From the NCBI GenBank assembly GCA_965531145.1, contig CBESOE010000009.1, positions 828-64,827 of the forward strand: DNA of 64,000 nucleotides, read 5' to 3'. This document shows, one piece after another, positions 18,273 to 26,361 of this stretch. The notes beneath the pieces were generated by a model, which was not told where the DNA came from, ran no database searches, and saw only the letters and a list, made by a program, of their open reading frames with translations. Source of the DNA: an uncultured bacterium. GTDB lineage: Bacteria > Acidobacteriota > JAQAZP01. The position numbers and the translations under genes were made by a program. The number at the start of each line of letters is the position of its first letter. Position 1 is the stretch's first letter.

Positions 18273-20948
18273 ATGACCACTAAGGACAAAACCACTCCGG
18301 TGATGCGCCAGTTCCTGGAGATCAAGGCGCAACATCAAGACGCCATCCTCTTCTTCCGCATGGGCGATTTCTATGAAATGTTCTACGAGGACGCGGTGGT
18401 GGCCTCGCGGGACATGGAGATCGCGCTGACGTCCCGGGACCGCAACAGTGACAACCCGGTACCCATGTGCGGTGTGCCCTTCCACGCCGCCGAGGGCTAC
18501 ATCGCCCGGCTTATCCGCAAGGGTCACCGGGTGGCCATCTGCGACCAGGTGGAGGACCCCCGGGCGGCCAAGGGGCTGGTGAAGCGAGCGGTGACCCGGG
18601 TGGTGACCCCGGGGACGGTGACCGACGCCGGCCTGCTGCAGGCCCGGGAGAACAACTTTATCTGCGGCGTGGCGCTGAAACCCGACCACGGGGCCGGCGC
18701 AGCGTTCCTCGACGTCTCCACCGGACGCTTCCTGCTGGCGGAGTCGGAGGACGAGGACCCGCTGGAGTTTCTCGGCCGCGAGCTGGCCCGCTATCGCCCG
18801 CGGGAACTGGTCCACGCCGCCCCCGACGAGCCGCCCACCGAAGCAAACCTGGCGCTGAAGCAGATGCTGGGTGATGCCGTTCCGGAAAACGGTGAGGGCC
18901 AGCCGCTGTTCAGCCCGCGGCCCTCCTGGTCCTTTGGCGGGGAAACGGCCCGCCGCACCCTCACCGAACACCTGGGGGTGGCCAGTCTGGAAGGCTACGG
19001 CTGCGAGGACCGCACCCTGGCGGTGCGGGCCGCCGGGGGACTGCTGCACTACCTCAAGGAGACCCAGGGGTCGGCCCTCAAGCACATCGATTCGCTGACC
19101 TGGTGCGCCGGCGGCCGCTACCTGACCCTCGACCCCGCCACGGTGAGAAACCTCGAGCTGGTGAGTTGCGCTGACGGGGGCCGCGAGGGGTCCCTGATCT
19201 CGGTGCTCGACCTGACCTTCACCGGCATGGGCGGCCGCAAACTGCGGGACTGGTTCCTGCGCCCGTTGCTGGATGCCGGCGAGATCCGCCGGCGTCAGGA
19301 GGGAGTGGAGGAACTGCTGGGGGAGGTCACCGCCCGCAGCCGGCTGGGCGAGCGGTTGAAGCAGGTCTTCGACCTGGAGCGCCTGCTGGGCCGGGTGGTG
19401 CTGGGCACCGCCGGGCCGCGGGACATGGTGGCGCTGAAAAGCTCCATCGCCGTCCTCCCCGGCCTGCGTGACGAGCTGGGCCGCCGTTCCGCACCGGTGA
19501 TGGCCGGGCTGCACCAGGACCTGGACCTGCTGGAAGACATGCACGACCTGCTGGAGCGGGCGATCAATCCCGAACCGCCGGCCACCATCCGCGATCCCGG
19601 CCTGATCCGTGACGGGTACAGCCCCGAGCTGGACCAGTTGCGCTCGGTGGCCCGGGATGGCAAACAGATCATTGCCGGCATCGAGGCCCGGGAACGGGAA
19701 CGCACCGGCATCTCCACGCTGAAAGTGAAGTACAACCGGGTCTTCGGCTACTTTATCGAGATCTCCAAGGCCAACCTGGCCGGGGGTGTGCCCGAGGAGT
19801 ACGAACGGAAGCAGACCATGGTGGGTTCGGAGCGCTTCAGCACCCCGGAACTGAAGGAGTACGAGGAACAGGTGGTGGGCGCCGAGGAGCGGATCAGCGA
19901 CCTGGAACAGGAGCTGTTCACCGAAGTGCGGCAGCTCACCGCCGACCAGGCGGGGCGGATCAAGACCTCCGCCGACCAGGTGGCCACCCTGGACGTGCTG
20001 CTCTGCCTGGCCGAGGTGGCCTCGCGCCACCGCTACTGCCGCCCGGAGATCACCGACGGCCGAAAGCTGAGCATTTCCGCCGGCCGCCACCCGGTGATCG
20101 AACAGCTCTCCCCCACCGGCGAACGTTTCGTGCCCAACGACGTGCTGCTGGACGACGACAGCAACCAGATCCTGATCATCACCGGGCCGAACATGGGCGG
20201 CAAATCCACCTACCTGCGCCAGGTGGCATTGATCGCCCTGATGGCCCACACCGGCTCCTTCGTGCCGGCGGAAGCGGCGGAGATCCCCCTGGTGGACCGC
20301 ATCTTCACCCGGGTGGGGGCCAGCGATTCCCTGGTCCGCGGCCACTCCACCTTCATGGTGGAGATGATCGAGACGGCCAACATCCTCAACAACGCCACCC
20401 CCCGCAGTCTGGTGATCCTCGACGAGGTGGGCCGGGGCACCAGCACCTTTGACGGGGTGAGCATCGCCTGGGCGGTGGTGGAGCACCTGCACAACTCCAA
20501 ACGGGTGTCCGCCAAATCCCTCTTCGCCACCCACTTCTACGAACTGACCGAACTGGCGGTCACCCTGCCCCGGGTGCGCAACTTCAACATCTCGGTCAAG
20601 GAGTGGAACGATGAAATCATCTTCCTCCGCGAGGTGGTGGAGGGCGCGGCCGACCGCAGCTACGGCGTCCAGGTGGCCCGGCTGGCCGGGCTGCCGCCAT
20701 CGGTGCTCAACCGGGCCCGGGAGATTCTGGCCAACCTCGAGGCCAACGCCTTTGACCGCCGGGGGATGCCCAAGCTGGCCGGCGAGGGGCAGGACGGGGA
20801 CGCAGCGGAACCGGGCATCGAACAGATGCGCCTCTTCACCCCCGGCGAGGACCCCCTGCTGGCCGATGTACGCCGGTTGGAGCTGGAGCAGATGACCCCC
20901 ATGGAGGCGTTGAACTACCTGGTGGATCTCCAGCGAAAGCTCACCTGA
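18273..20948 (+). CDS. mutS: DNA mismatch repair protein MutS.
   Basis: MRQFLEIKAQHQDAILFFRMGDFYEMFYEDA mismatch-binding N-terminus. Walker A GPNMGGKSTYLRQ. STFMVEM and DEVGRGTSTFDG motifs. 890 aa. Confidence 0.95.
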   Translation: MTTKDKTTPVMRQFLEIKAQHQDAILFFRMGDFYEMFYEDAVVASRDMEIALTSRDRNSDNPVPMCGVPFHAAEGYIARLIRKGHRVAICDQVEDPRAAKGLVKRAVTRVVTPGTVTDAGLLQARENNFICGVALKPDHGAGAAFLDVSTGRFLLAESEDEDPLEFLGRELARYRPRELVHAAPDEPPTEANLALKQMLGDAVPENGEGQPLFSPRPSWSFGGETARRTLTEHLGVASLEGYGCEDRTLAVRAAGGLLHYLKETQGSALKHIDSLTWCAGGRYLTLDPATVRNLELVSCADGGREGSLISVLDLTFTGMGGRKLRDWFLRPLLDAGEIRRRQEGVEELLGEVTARSRLGERLKQVFDLERLLGRVVLGTAGPRDMVALKSSIAVLPGLRDELGRRSAPVMAGLHQDLDLLEDMHDLLERAINPEPPATIRDPGLIRDGYSPELDQLRSVARDGKQIIAGIEARERERTGISTLKVKYNRVFGYFIEISKANLAGGVPEEYERKQTMVGSERFSTPELKEYEEQVVGAEERISDLEQELFTEVRQLTADQAGRIKTSADQVATLDVLLCLAEVASRHRYCRPEITDGRKLSISAGRHPVIEQLSPTGERFVPNDVLLDDDSNQILIITGPNMGGKSTYLRQVALIALMAHTGSFVPAEAAEIPLVDRIFTRVGASDSLVRGHSTFMVEMIETANILNNATPRSLVILDEVGRGTSTFDGVSIAWAVVEHLHNSKRVSAKSLFATHFYELTELAVTLPRVRNFNISVKEWNDEIIFLREVVEGAADRSYGVQVARLAGLPPSVLNRAREILANLEANAFDRRGMPKLAGEGQDGDAAEPGIEQMRLFTPGEDPLLADVRRLELEQMTPMEALNYLVDLQRKLT

Positions 20949-20965
20949 ACCCCACAGAAATAAAC

Positions 20966-20994
20966 TTGACCGATTTGTAATATTTCCCTATTGT
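20966..20994 (+). promoter_or_regulatory. Candidate sigma-70 promoter upstream of the TPR gene.
   Basis: TTGACC (20966-20971), 17-nt spacer, TATTGT (20989-20994). Confidence 0.3.
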
Positions 20995-21208
20995 TTACCC
21001 CATAACCGGGTTCGCCTGAAGGGCGGGCTCCAGCTCATGTCTCTCGAGTCCACTCATAACACTGGAAGAACTGCAGCAGCTACGGCAGCAAGGCATCGAT
21101 TGCGGACGTCAGGGTCTGTACGAGGACGCCCTGCTCAACCTCTACTGCGCCTTCAACGGCTCGGAAGAGCACCCCGATTTCCAGGTCAAGGCCGCCCTCG
21201 ACCTCGGT

Positions 21209-21946
21209 GTGCTCTACCGCATGCTCGAAAAATACACCGCCGCCACCGAAATGCTGGAAATCGTCGAGCAGAACAGCCCGTCAACCAGCGTCCCCCGCTT
21301 CACCGCCTACCTCGAGCGGGCCATCATCGGCTACCGCAAAAAGGATCTGAGCGGCGCCGATCAGGCACTGGCCATGGCCGAAGAGGTGCTGGAGCAGAAC
21401 GAGATGGGCCGGCTGATCGTCTATTTCCTTGTCACCCGGGCCATGGTGGAAATGGAGCGGAAAGAGTATCAGCAGGCTCTGGACATACTCAATCAGTCAC
21501 TGACCTTTGTGGAGCTGTTCAAGAGCCGTGACCTGCGCTGCACCGTGCTCTCCAACCTCGGTCACTGCCACCTGCACCTGGGCCAGACAACCGAAGCGCG
21601 TGAGCACCTGGTGGAGAGCCTGGCCATCGCCCAGGCCCTGAGCAACGAGCGGCGCACCGCCGAGGTCAGCAGTTGCCTGGCCCTGACGGCGCTGAAAGAC
21701 GACGACCTGCCCACGGCCAAGGAATATGCCGCCGAGGCGTTCCGCATTTCCTACGAGCAGAAATACCGTGACATCATCCGCGATCTCTGTTACCAGATCG
21801 GACGCTATTACCGGAACAGCGGCGAGACATCCATCGCCGAGGTCTTCTTTGAAAAGGCGGTCAACACCGACGGCCGGCTGACCACCGATTTCCTGAAGCT
21901 TCTTGACACGGACCGCATGTCCTCCGGCGAGGGCCTGCACGACTGA
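21209..21946 (+). CDS. TPR-repeat protein. The N-terminus is uncertain: coding potential in the same frame extends back to ~21020 without a canonical start codon.
   Basis: TPR-like helical repeats (ALDILNQSLTFVELF..., AEAFRISYEQKYRDIIRDLCYQIGRYY). GTG at 21209 is the first canonical start. The upstream in-frame stretch ITLEELQQLRQQGIDCGRQGLYEDALLNLYCAFNG is protein-like. Confidence 0.65.
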   Translation: MLYRMLEKYTAATEMLEIVEQNSPSTSVPRFTAYLERAIIGYRKKDLSGADQALAMAEEVLEQNEMGRLIVYFLVTRAMVEMERKEYQQALDILNQSLTFVELFKSRDLRCTVLSNLGHCHLHLGQTTEAREHLVESLAIAQALSNERRTAEVSSCLALTALKDDDLPTAKEYAAEAFRISYEQKYRDIIRDLCYQIGRYYRNSGETSIAEVFFEKAVNTDGRLTTDFLKLLDTDRMSSGEGLHD

Positions 21947-21969
21947 ACATGAAAACAAAGGAAAAGACC

Positions 21970-22461
21970 ATGAACATCACACTCTTCAAACGGCTGGCAA
22001 TCCCGCTGCTCCTGCTGCCGTTGATGGCGCTCTGGATTCCTGGTGCCGGGGCCAACTCCATCGAGGACGGTGACGGCAGTCTGTGGCGTGCCTCGTCGGT
22101 CCAGAACGGCGCCAACATGCAGGTGTTCATCGAAGTCACCCTGGGCGCCGAGCCGGCCAGCAGCTTCTGGGCCACCAGTGCCCCCCTCAACAGCATCGAC
22201 CCCTTCCTCCTCACCGACGGCACCCAGGTCTGGTTGGTCTGGAGCAAGGAGCGGCAGGGTATTGACGACACCTTTGACATCTGGGTCAACCGGATCTATG
22301 CCGACGGCACCGTGGACGACCCGGCCAGCCAGGTGACCAAGGCCAATGACCCGCTGATCAACGACCGCAAATCCACCGCCGCCATCTGGGAACGGGTGTT
22401 CAGCTCCAGTGATCCCAACCCCTGGGAGAAGGTAACGATGCAGCTTCCGCTGAACCCCTAG
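21970..22461 (+). CDS. Hypothetical secreted protein.
   Basis: AAGGAAAAG RBS before ATG 21970. Signal peptide MNITLFKRLAIPLLLLPLMALWIPGAGA. No recognisable domain. Confidence 0.6.
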   Translation: MNITLFKRLAIPLLLLPLMALWIPGAGANSIEDGDGSLWRASSVQNGANMQVFIEVTLGAEPASSFWATSAPLNSIDPFLLTDGTQVWLVWSKERQGIDDTFDIWVNRIYADGTVDDPASQVTKANDPLINDRKSTAAIWERVFSSSDPNPWEKVTMQLPLNP

Positions 22462-22476
22462 GGTATCCGCCGGTCC

Positions 22477-22518
22477 GGGGGGCCTTGCCCCCCGCCGGGC
22501 TTCGGGTTCATTTTTTTT
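22477..22518 (+). terminator. Intrinsic terminator of the 21970..22461 gene.
   Basis: GGGGGG-CCTTG-CCCCCC hairpin plus a second GC-rich stem, then a T8 run (22511-22518). Confidence 0.55.
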
Positions 22519-22657
22519 GACTGGAATGTTTACTTAAATGTACGTTATCACTATCTCAACGACCATCAGCCCGGCACACCGTCCCCTCCGTCCGCCTGGT
22601 CTTCACTACCACACCATCAGCGACCCGAACCCCTGGGAATCCATCGCCCCCAGCGGT

Positions 22658-24850
22658 TCAGTCGATGATCTGCAGGTCGGGTGAGAACTCCGCCAGCAGT
22701 TCCTTTTCTTCTCCTGAATCAAAGCGGACCCTGATCCGGCCCTCCTCGCAGTGCAGGACACGGCCAGGGCCCAGTCGGGGGTGGGACACCCGGTCCCCGA
22801 CCTGCAGTTCCCGGGAAGCGGGAGCCGGCTGATCCGACAGGCTGGGGTCACCGTCGAGGAACGACCCGCCTCCCCCACCGGCCGGGGGCAACGGCCCGGT
22901 GCTCTCGATCAGCTCCCGGGGCAGGCGGTCGATGAAACGGCTGGGCCAGGGGGCAACGCCGCGGCGGGTGGTGGTGAGCAGGTGGGTCAGCAGCAGGTGC
23001 CGCCGGGCCCGGGTCATGGCGACGAAGAGGAGACGGCGCTCTTCCTCGAACTCCGGCGTGCCCTCATCCTTGCCCACCAGCGGCAGCAGCCCCTCGTTGA
23101 GGCCGATGACGAACACCACGTCGAACTCCAGCCCCTTGGCCGCATGAATGGTCATCAGACTCAAAGCCTTGCCCGACTGGCCCTGTTCCCCCCCGGCCCC
23201 CACACTGAGCGAGAGCTCGGAGAGAAAGGCCGACCAGGCATCCCAGGGATCGAGGCCCTGCTGGTCAGCGGCGCGACCGCGGATTTCGAGGATCCGCTGC
23301 CAGAGTTCATCGCCCGCCGCGGTGTGCACCGGGATCTCCTTGTCCCGGAACCCGCTGCGTTCCACCGCCAGGTCGAAGACCTCAGCCGCAGACCGTACCA
23401 TCACCTCGGCACCAAGCTCTTCCAGGGCCGCGGCAAAGATCAAGGCCCGCTCCCGGGTCCGACCGGGCAGGTCATCCAGATCCTCCAGCGAGAGGAGCAG
23501 CTGCCCCAGGGTCAGACCGTGGCGCTCCGCCGCCTGCTCCAGGACACCCAGCATCAGCGGGGTCAGCTTCCAGGCCGGCAGGGTCGCGGCGGTGCGCAGG
23601 CTCAGCTGGTCGTCGGGATTGAGCAGTACCTTGAACAGCGCCAGCAGCTTGCGTACCGGGGGCAGGTCAAGGATGTTCTTCGGGGCCACCACCCGCACCG
23701 GCACTTCATCCCGGCGCAGCGCCGCCTCCACCCGGGGCGCCTGGGCGTTCACCCGGTAGAGCACGGCCATGGAGCCGAACGGGATGCCCTCCTCGCTGTT
23801 CAGTCGCCGGGCCTCCCGGGACACCAGGTCCGCCTGGTCCCGTTCGTCGTCACAGGCGATGAGCCGCAGGGGCGGTCCGGGGTCGTTCTCGGTCCAGGGG
23901 GGATCGGCCGCGGCCTGTGCCATGTCCTCGGGGTCGGCCAGGGCCGCGGCCGCTCGTAAGATGGTGGAGCTGGAGCGGTAATGCTGCACCAGGGAGCAGG
24001 TGCGCGACCCGGGATACTCCTCGTGAAAACGCCGGAAGATCTCGGGGCAGGCGCCGCGCCAGGTGTAGATGCTCTGGTGGGGATCCCCCACTACGTAGAG
24101 GTTCTTCTCCGGGCCGAGCAGACCCTTGAGCAGAAGATACTGCAGCCGGTCGGTGTCCTGGAACTCGTCCACCAGGATGTGGTCGAAACGATCCCCGAGC
24201 CGCTGCCGCACCTCGGCGTTGTCGATGAGCATGCGCAGGGGCAGCAGGATCAGATCATCGAAGTCGAGGGCGTTGGCCGCCACCAGCCGCTCCTGATACA
24301 GCCGGTGCACTTCCTGCTCAAGGGGATTCTCCGGTGTCTCGGGTGCACCGATGCAGCTGCTCTGCTTCAGGCGCGCCGTGCTGCGCAGCAGTTCAACCGG
24401 TCGCGGCCGTCCGCCACCCTGGTCTATTTTTCCGGCCAGTTCGGTGATCAGGGCCAGCCGTTCGGACTCGTCGTAAATGGTGAATCCGGGGCGATAGCCA
24501 TACTGCTCCAGGGGCAGTTCCTCGTTGAGCAGCCGGCGGCAGACCGAGTGGAAGGTGCCGAAAAAACGGATGGCGCCGGCTGCGCCGGGGCCCAGCAGGT
24601 CCAGCACCCGTTCTTTCATCTCCCGGGCGGCGCGGTTGGTGAAGGTCAACACCAGCAGCCGGTCCGGTTGGGCCCGTCCGGTTTCCAACAGCCAGGCCAG
24701 CCGGCGGGTGAGCACACGGGTCTTGCCGCTGCCCACCGCCGCCTCCACCAGCACCGGTCCCCCACCGGCCAGCACTGCCTCGCGCTGCAGCGGATTCAGT
24801 CCTTCCAGCGCTTTCGCTTCTTTCTGATTAACGTTTCCCTGATCGCTCAT
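22658..24850 (-). CDS. UvrD/PcrA-family ATP-dependent DNA helicase.
   Basis: Walker A AVGSGKTRVL and motifs Ia-VI (TFTNRAAREM, DEFQDT, VVGDPHQSIY, VLYRVNAQA, TIHAAKGLEFDVVF, RRLLFVAMTRAR). C-terminal Tudor-like tail. Confidence 0.9.
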   Translation of the reverse strand: MSDQGNVNQKEAKALEGLNPLQREAVLAGGGPVLVEAAVGSGKTRVLTRRLAWLLETGRAQPDRLLVLTFTNRAAREMKERVLDLLGPGAAGAIRFFGTFHSVCRRLLNEELPLEQYGYRPGFTIYDESERLALITELAGKIDQGGGRPRPVELLRSTARLKQSSCIGAPETPENPLEQEVHRLYQERLVAANALDFDDLILLPLRMLIDNAEVRQRLGDRFDHILVDEFQDTDRLQYLLLKGLLGPEKNLYVVGDPHQSIYTWRGACPEIFRRFHEEYPGSRTCSLVQHYRSSSTILRAAAALADPEDMAQAAADPPWTENDPGPPLRLIACDDERDQADLVSREARRLNSEEGIPFGSMAVLYRVNAQAPRVEAALRRDEVPVRVVAPKNILDLPPVRKLLALFKVLLNPDDQLSLRTAATLPAWKLTPLMLGVLEQAAERHGLTLGQLLLSLEDLDDLPGRTRERALIFAAALEELGAEVMVRSAAEVFDLAVERSGFRDKEIPVHTAAGDELWQRILEIRGRAADQQGLDPWDAWSAFLSELSLSVGAGGEQGQSGKALSLMTIHAAKGLEFDVVFVIGLNEGLLPLVGKDEGTPEFEEERRLLFVAMTRARRHLLLTHLLTTTRRGVAPWPSRFIDRLPRELIESTGPLPPAGGGGGSFLDGDPSLSDQPAPASRELQVGDRVSHPRLGPGRVLHCEEGRIRVRFDSGEEKELLAEFSPDLQIID

Positions 24851-24908
24851 GGCGGCAGATTGTACACCATTTTACTTTTCACCCGAGGCCTCCTATAGTT
24901 GGCCTTCC

Positions 24909-24953
24909 TGTCATTGCGAGGAGCCCGCGAAGCGGGCGACGCGACAATCTCTC
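24909..24953. repeat. Copy 1 of a TGTCATTGCGAG...CAATCTC repeat element. It sits in the divergent region between the uvrD-like gene and the flavoprotein gene.
   Basis: TGTCATTGCGAG-GAGCCCGCGAAGCGGGCGA-CGCGACAATCTCTC. Related copies are at 26236-26278 (direct) and 26303-26331 (inverted). Confidence 0.5.
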
Positions 24954-24964
24954 TTGAGGCCTTG

Positions 24965-26230
24965 ATGCGTAACAAACACGGAGTGATCGTGGTGGGGGGT
25001 GGCGCCGCCGGCCTAATGGCGGCCGGCACGGCGGCCGCGGCCGGGGCCCGGGTACTGGTGCTGGAAAAGAAAAACCGCACGGCCCTCAAGCTTGGCATCA
25101 CCGGCAAGGGCCGCTGCAACCTGACCAACACTGCCCCCCTCCCCGACTTCATCGGCCGTTTCGGCCGCAACGGACGATTCCTGCGCACCGCGTTCGCCGA
25201 CTTTTTCTCCACGGAGCTGATCCGCTTTTTCGAAGAACGGGGTGTGCGGACCAAGAGCGAGCGGGGCGGCCGGGTCTTCCCCGCCGGTGACAGCGCTCTG
25301 CAGGTGGTGCGCGCCCTCCGCGACTGGGCCACGGAGAAAGGCGCCAGCACCCGCTGCCTGGCCGTGGTGTCGGAACTGGTGATCACCAAAGGACGGGTGA
25401 CCGGTGTCACCCTTGGTGGCGAAGAGGCGGAAACACTGGATGCCGACGCGGTGATCCTCGCCGTGGGCGGAGCATCCTATCCGGTCACCGGTTCAACCGG
25501 CGACGGCGCAACACTGGCCGCGGCGGCCGGTCACCGGGTTGTGCCGCTCAGCCCGGCCCTGGTACCGCTGGAAACTGCGGGCCCCACTGCCAAAAGGCTT
25601 CAGGGGCTGAGTCTCAGGAACGCCGGTCTCGACATCTACATCGATGGACGGAAGAAGGAGAGCCATTTCGGTGAACTGCTCTTCACCCACTTCGGCGTCT
25701 CCGGCCCCATCGCGCTCAGCGCCAGCCGTACCATCGTCCCAGCACTGGAGCAGAAACAGCAGGTCACCCTGGCCATCGACCTCAAACCGGCCCTGGACCA
25801 CCAGAAACTCGACGCCCGCCTGCTGCGGGACATCGACGCCCACGGCAAACAGCACGTCCACAACCTGATGAAAGGCCTGCTGCCCCGGCTGCTGATCCCG
25901 GTCTGCATCGACGCCACCGGCCTCGACCCCGAAGGCCCAGCCCACCAGATCAATGCCAAAACACGCAAGCGACTCCGCACCTGGCTCAAGGATTTTCGCC
26001 TGGAGGTCACCGGTCACCGGGGATTTGCCGAGGCCATCGTCACCGCCGGGGGTGTGGATCTCCGCGATGTGAATCCGAAGACCATGGAGTCGAGGAAGGT
26101 GAAAGGACTGTACCTAGCCGGCGAAGTGCTCGACCTGGATGGCGACACCGGCGGTTACAACCTGCAGGCGGCCTTCTCAACGGGCAGGTTGGCTGGGGCT
26201 TCAACGGCAGTGTCCCACCGCGGAGTTTAA
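24965..26230 (+). CDS. HI0933/BaiN-like NAD(P)/FAD-dependent flavoprotein.
   Basis: GVIVVGGGAAGLMAAGTAA dinucleotide-binding motif. Family-specific GKGRCNLTN and GELLFTHFGVSGP motifs. GG motif near the C-terminus (LYLAGEVLDLDGDTGGYNLQ). Confidence 0.8.
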   Translation: MRNKHGVIVVGGGAAGLMAAGTAAAAGARVLVLEKKNRTALKLGITGKGRCNLTNTAPLPDFIGRFGRNGRFLRTAFADFFSTELIRFFEERGVRTKSERGGRVFPAGDSALQVVRALRDWATEKGASTRCLAVVSELVITKGRVTGVTLGGEEAETLDADAVILAVGGASYPVTGSTGDGATLAAAAGHRVVPLSPALVPLETAGPTAKRLQGLSLRNAGLDIYIDGRKKESHFGELLFTHFGVSGPIALSASRTIVPALEQKQQVTLAIDLKPALDHQKLDARLLRDIDAHGKQHVHNLMKGLLPRLLIPVCIDATGLDPEGPAHQINAKTRKRLRTWLKDFRLEVTGHRGFAEAIVTAGGVDLRDVNPKTMESRKVKGLYLAGEVLDLDGDTGGYNLQAAFSTGRLAGASTAVSHRGV

Positions 26231-26235
26231 TCGAT

Positions 26236-26331
26236 TGTCATTGCGAGAAGACGACGGAGTCGTCGACGAAGCAATCTCCTGTGCAACCGCACCACGGCAA
26301 GAGAGATTGCTTCGCTGCGCTCGCAATGACA
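26236..26331. repeat. Copies 2 and 3 (inverted pair) of the same repeat element, between the convergent flavoprotein and DEAD-helicase genes.
   Basis: TGTCATTGCGAG(26236-26247)...CGAAGCAATCTC(26267-26278) ... GAGATTGCTTCG(26303-26314)-CTGCG-CTCGCAATGACA(26320-26331). Inner palindrome GACGACGGAGTCGTCG. Confidence 0.5.
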
Positions 26332-26361
26332 GAGGGGCCCACCCCCCAACGACAGAGGGGT

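Noticed and set aside
18201-20534. 777-aa ORF on the minus strand.
   Set aside because: Antisense to mutS, which has unmistakable motifs.
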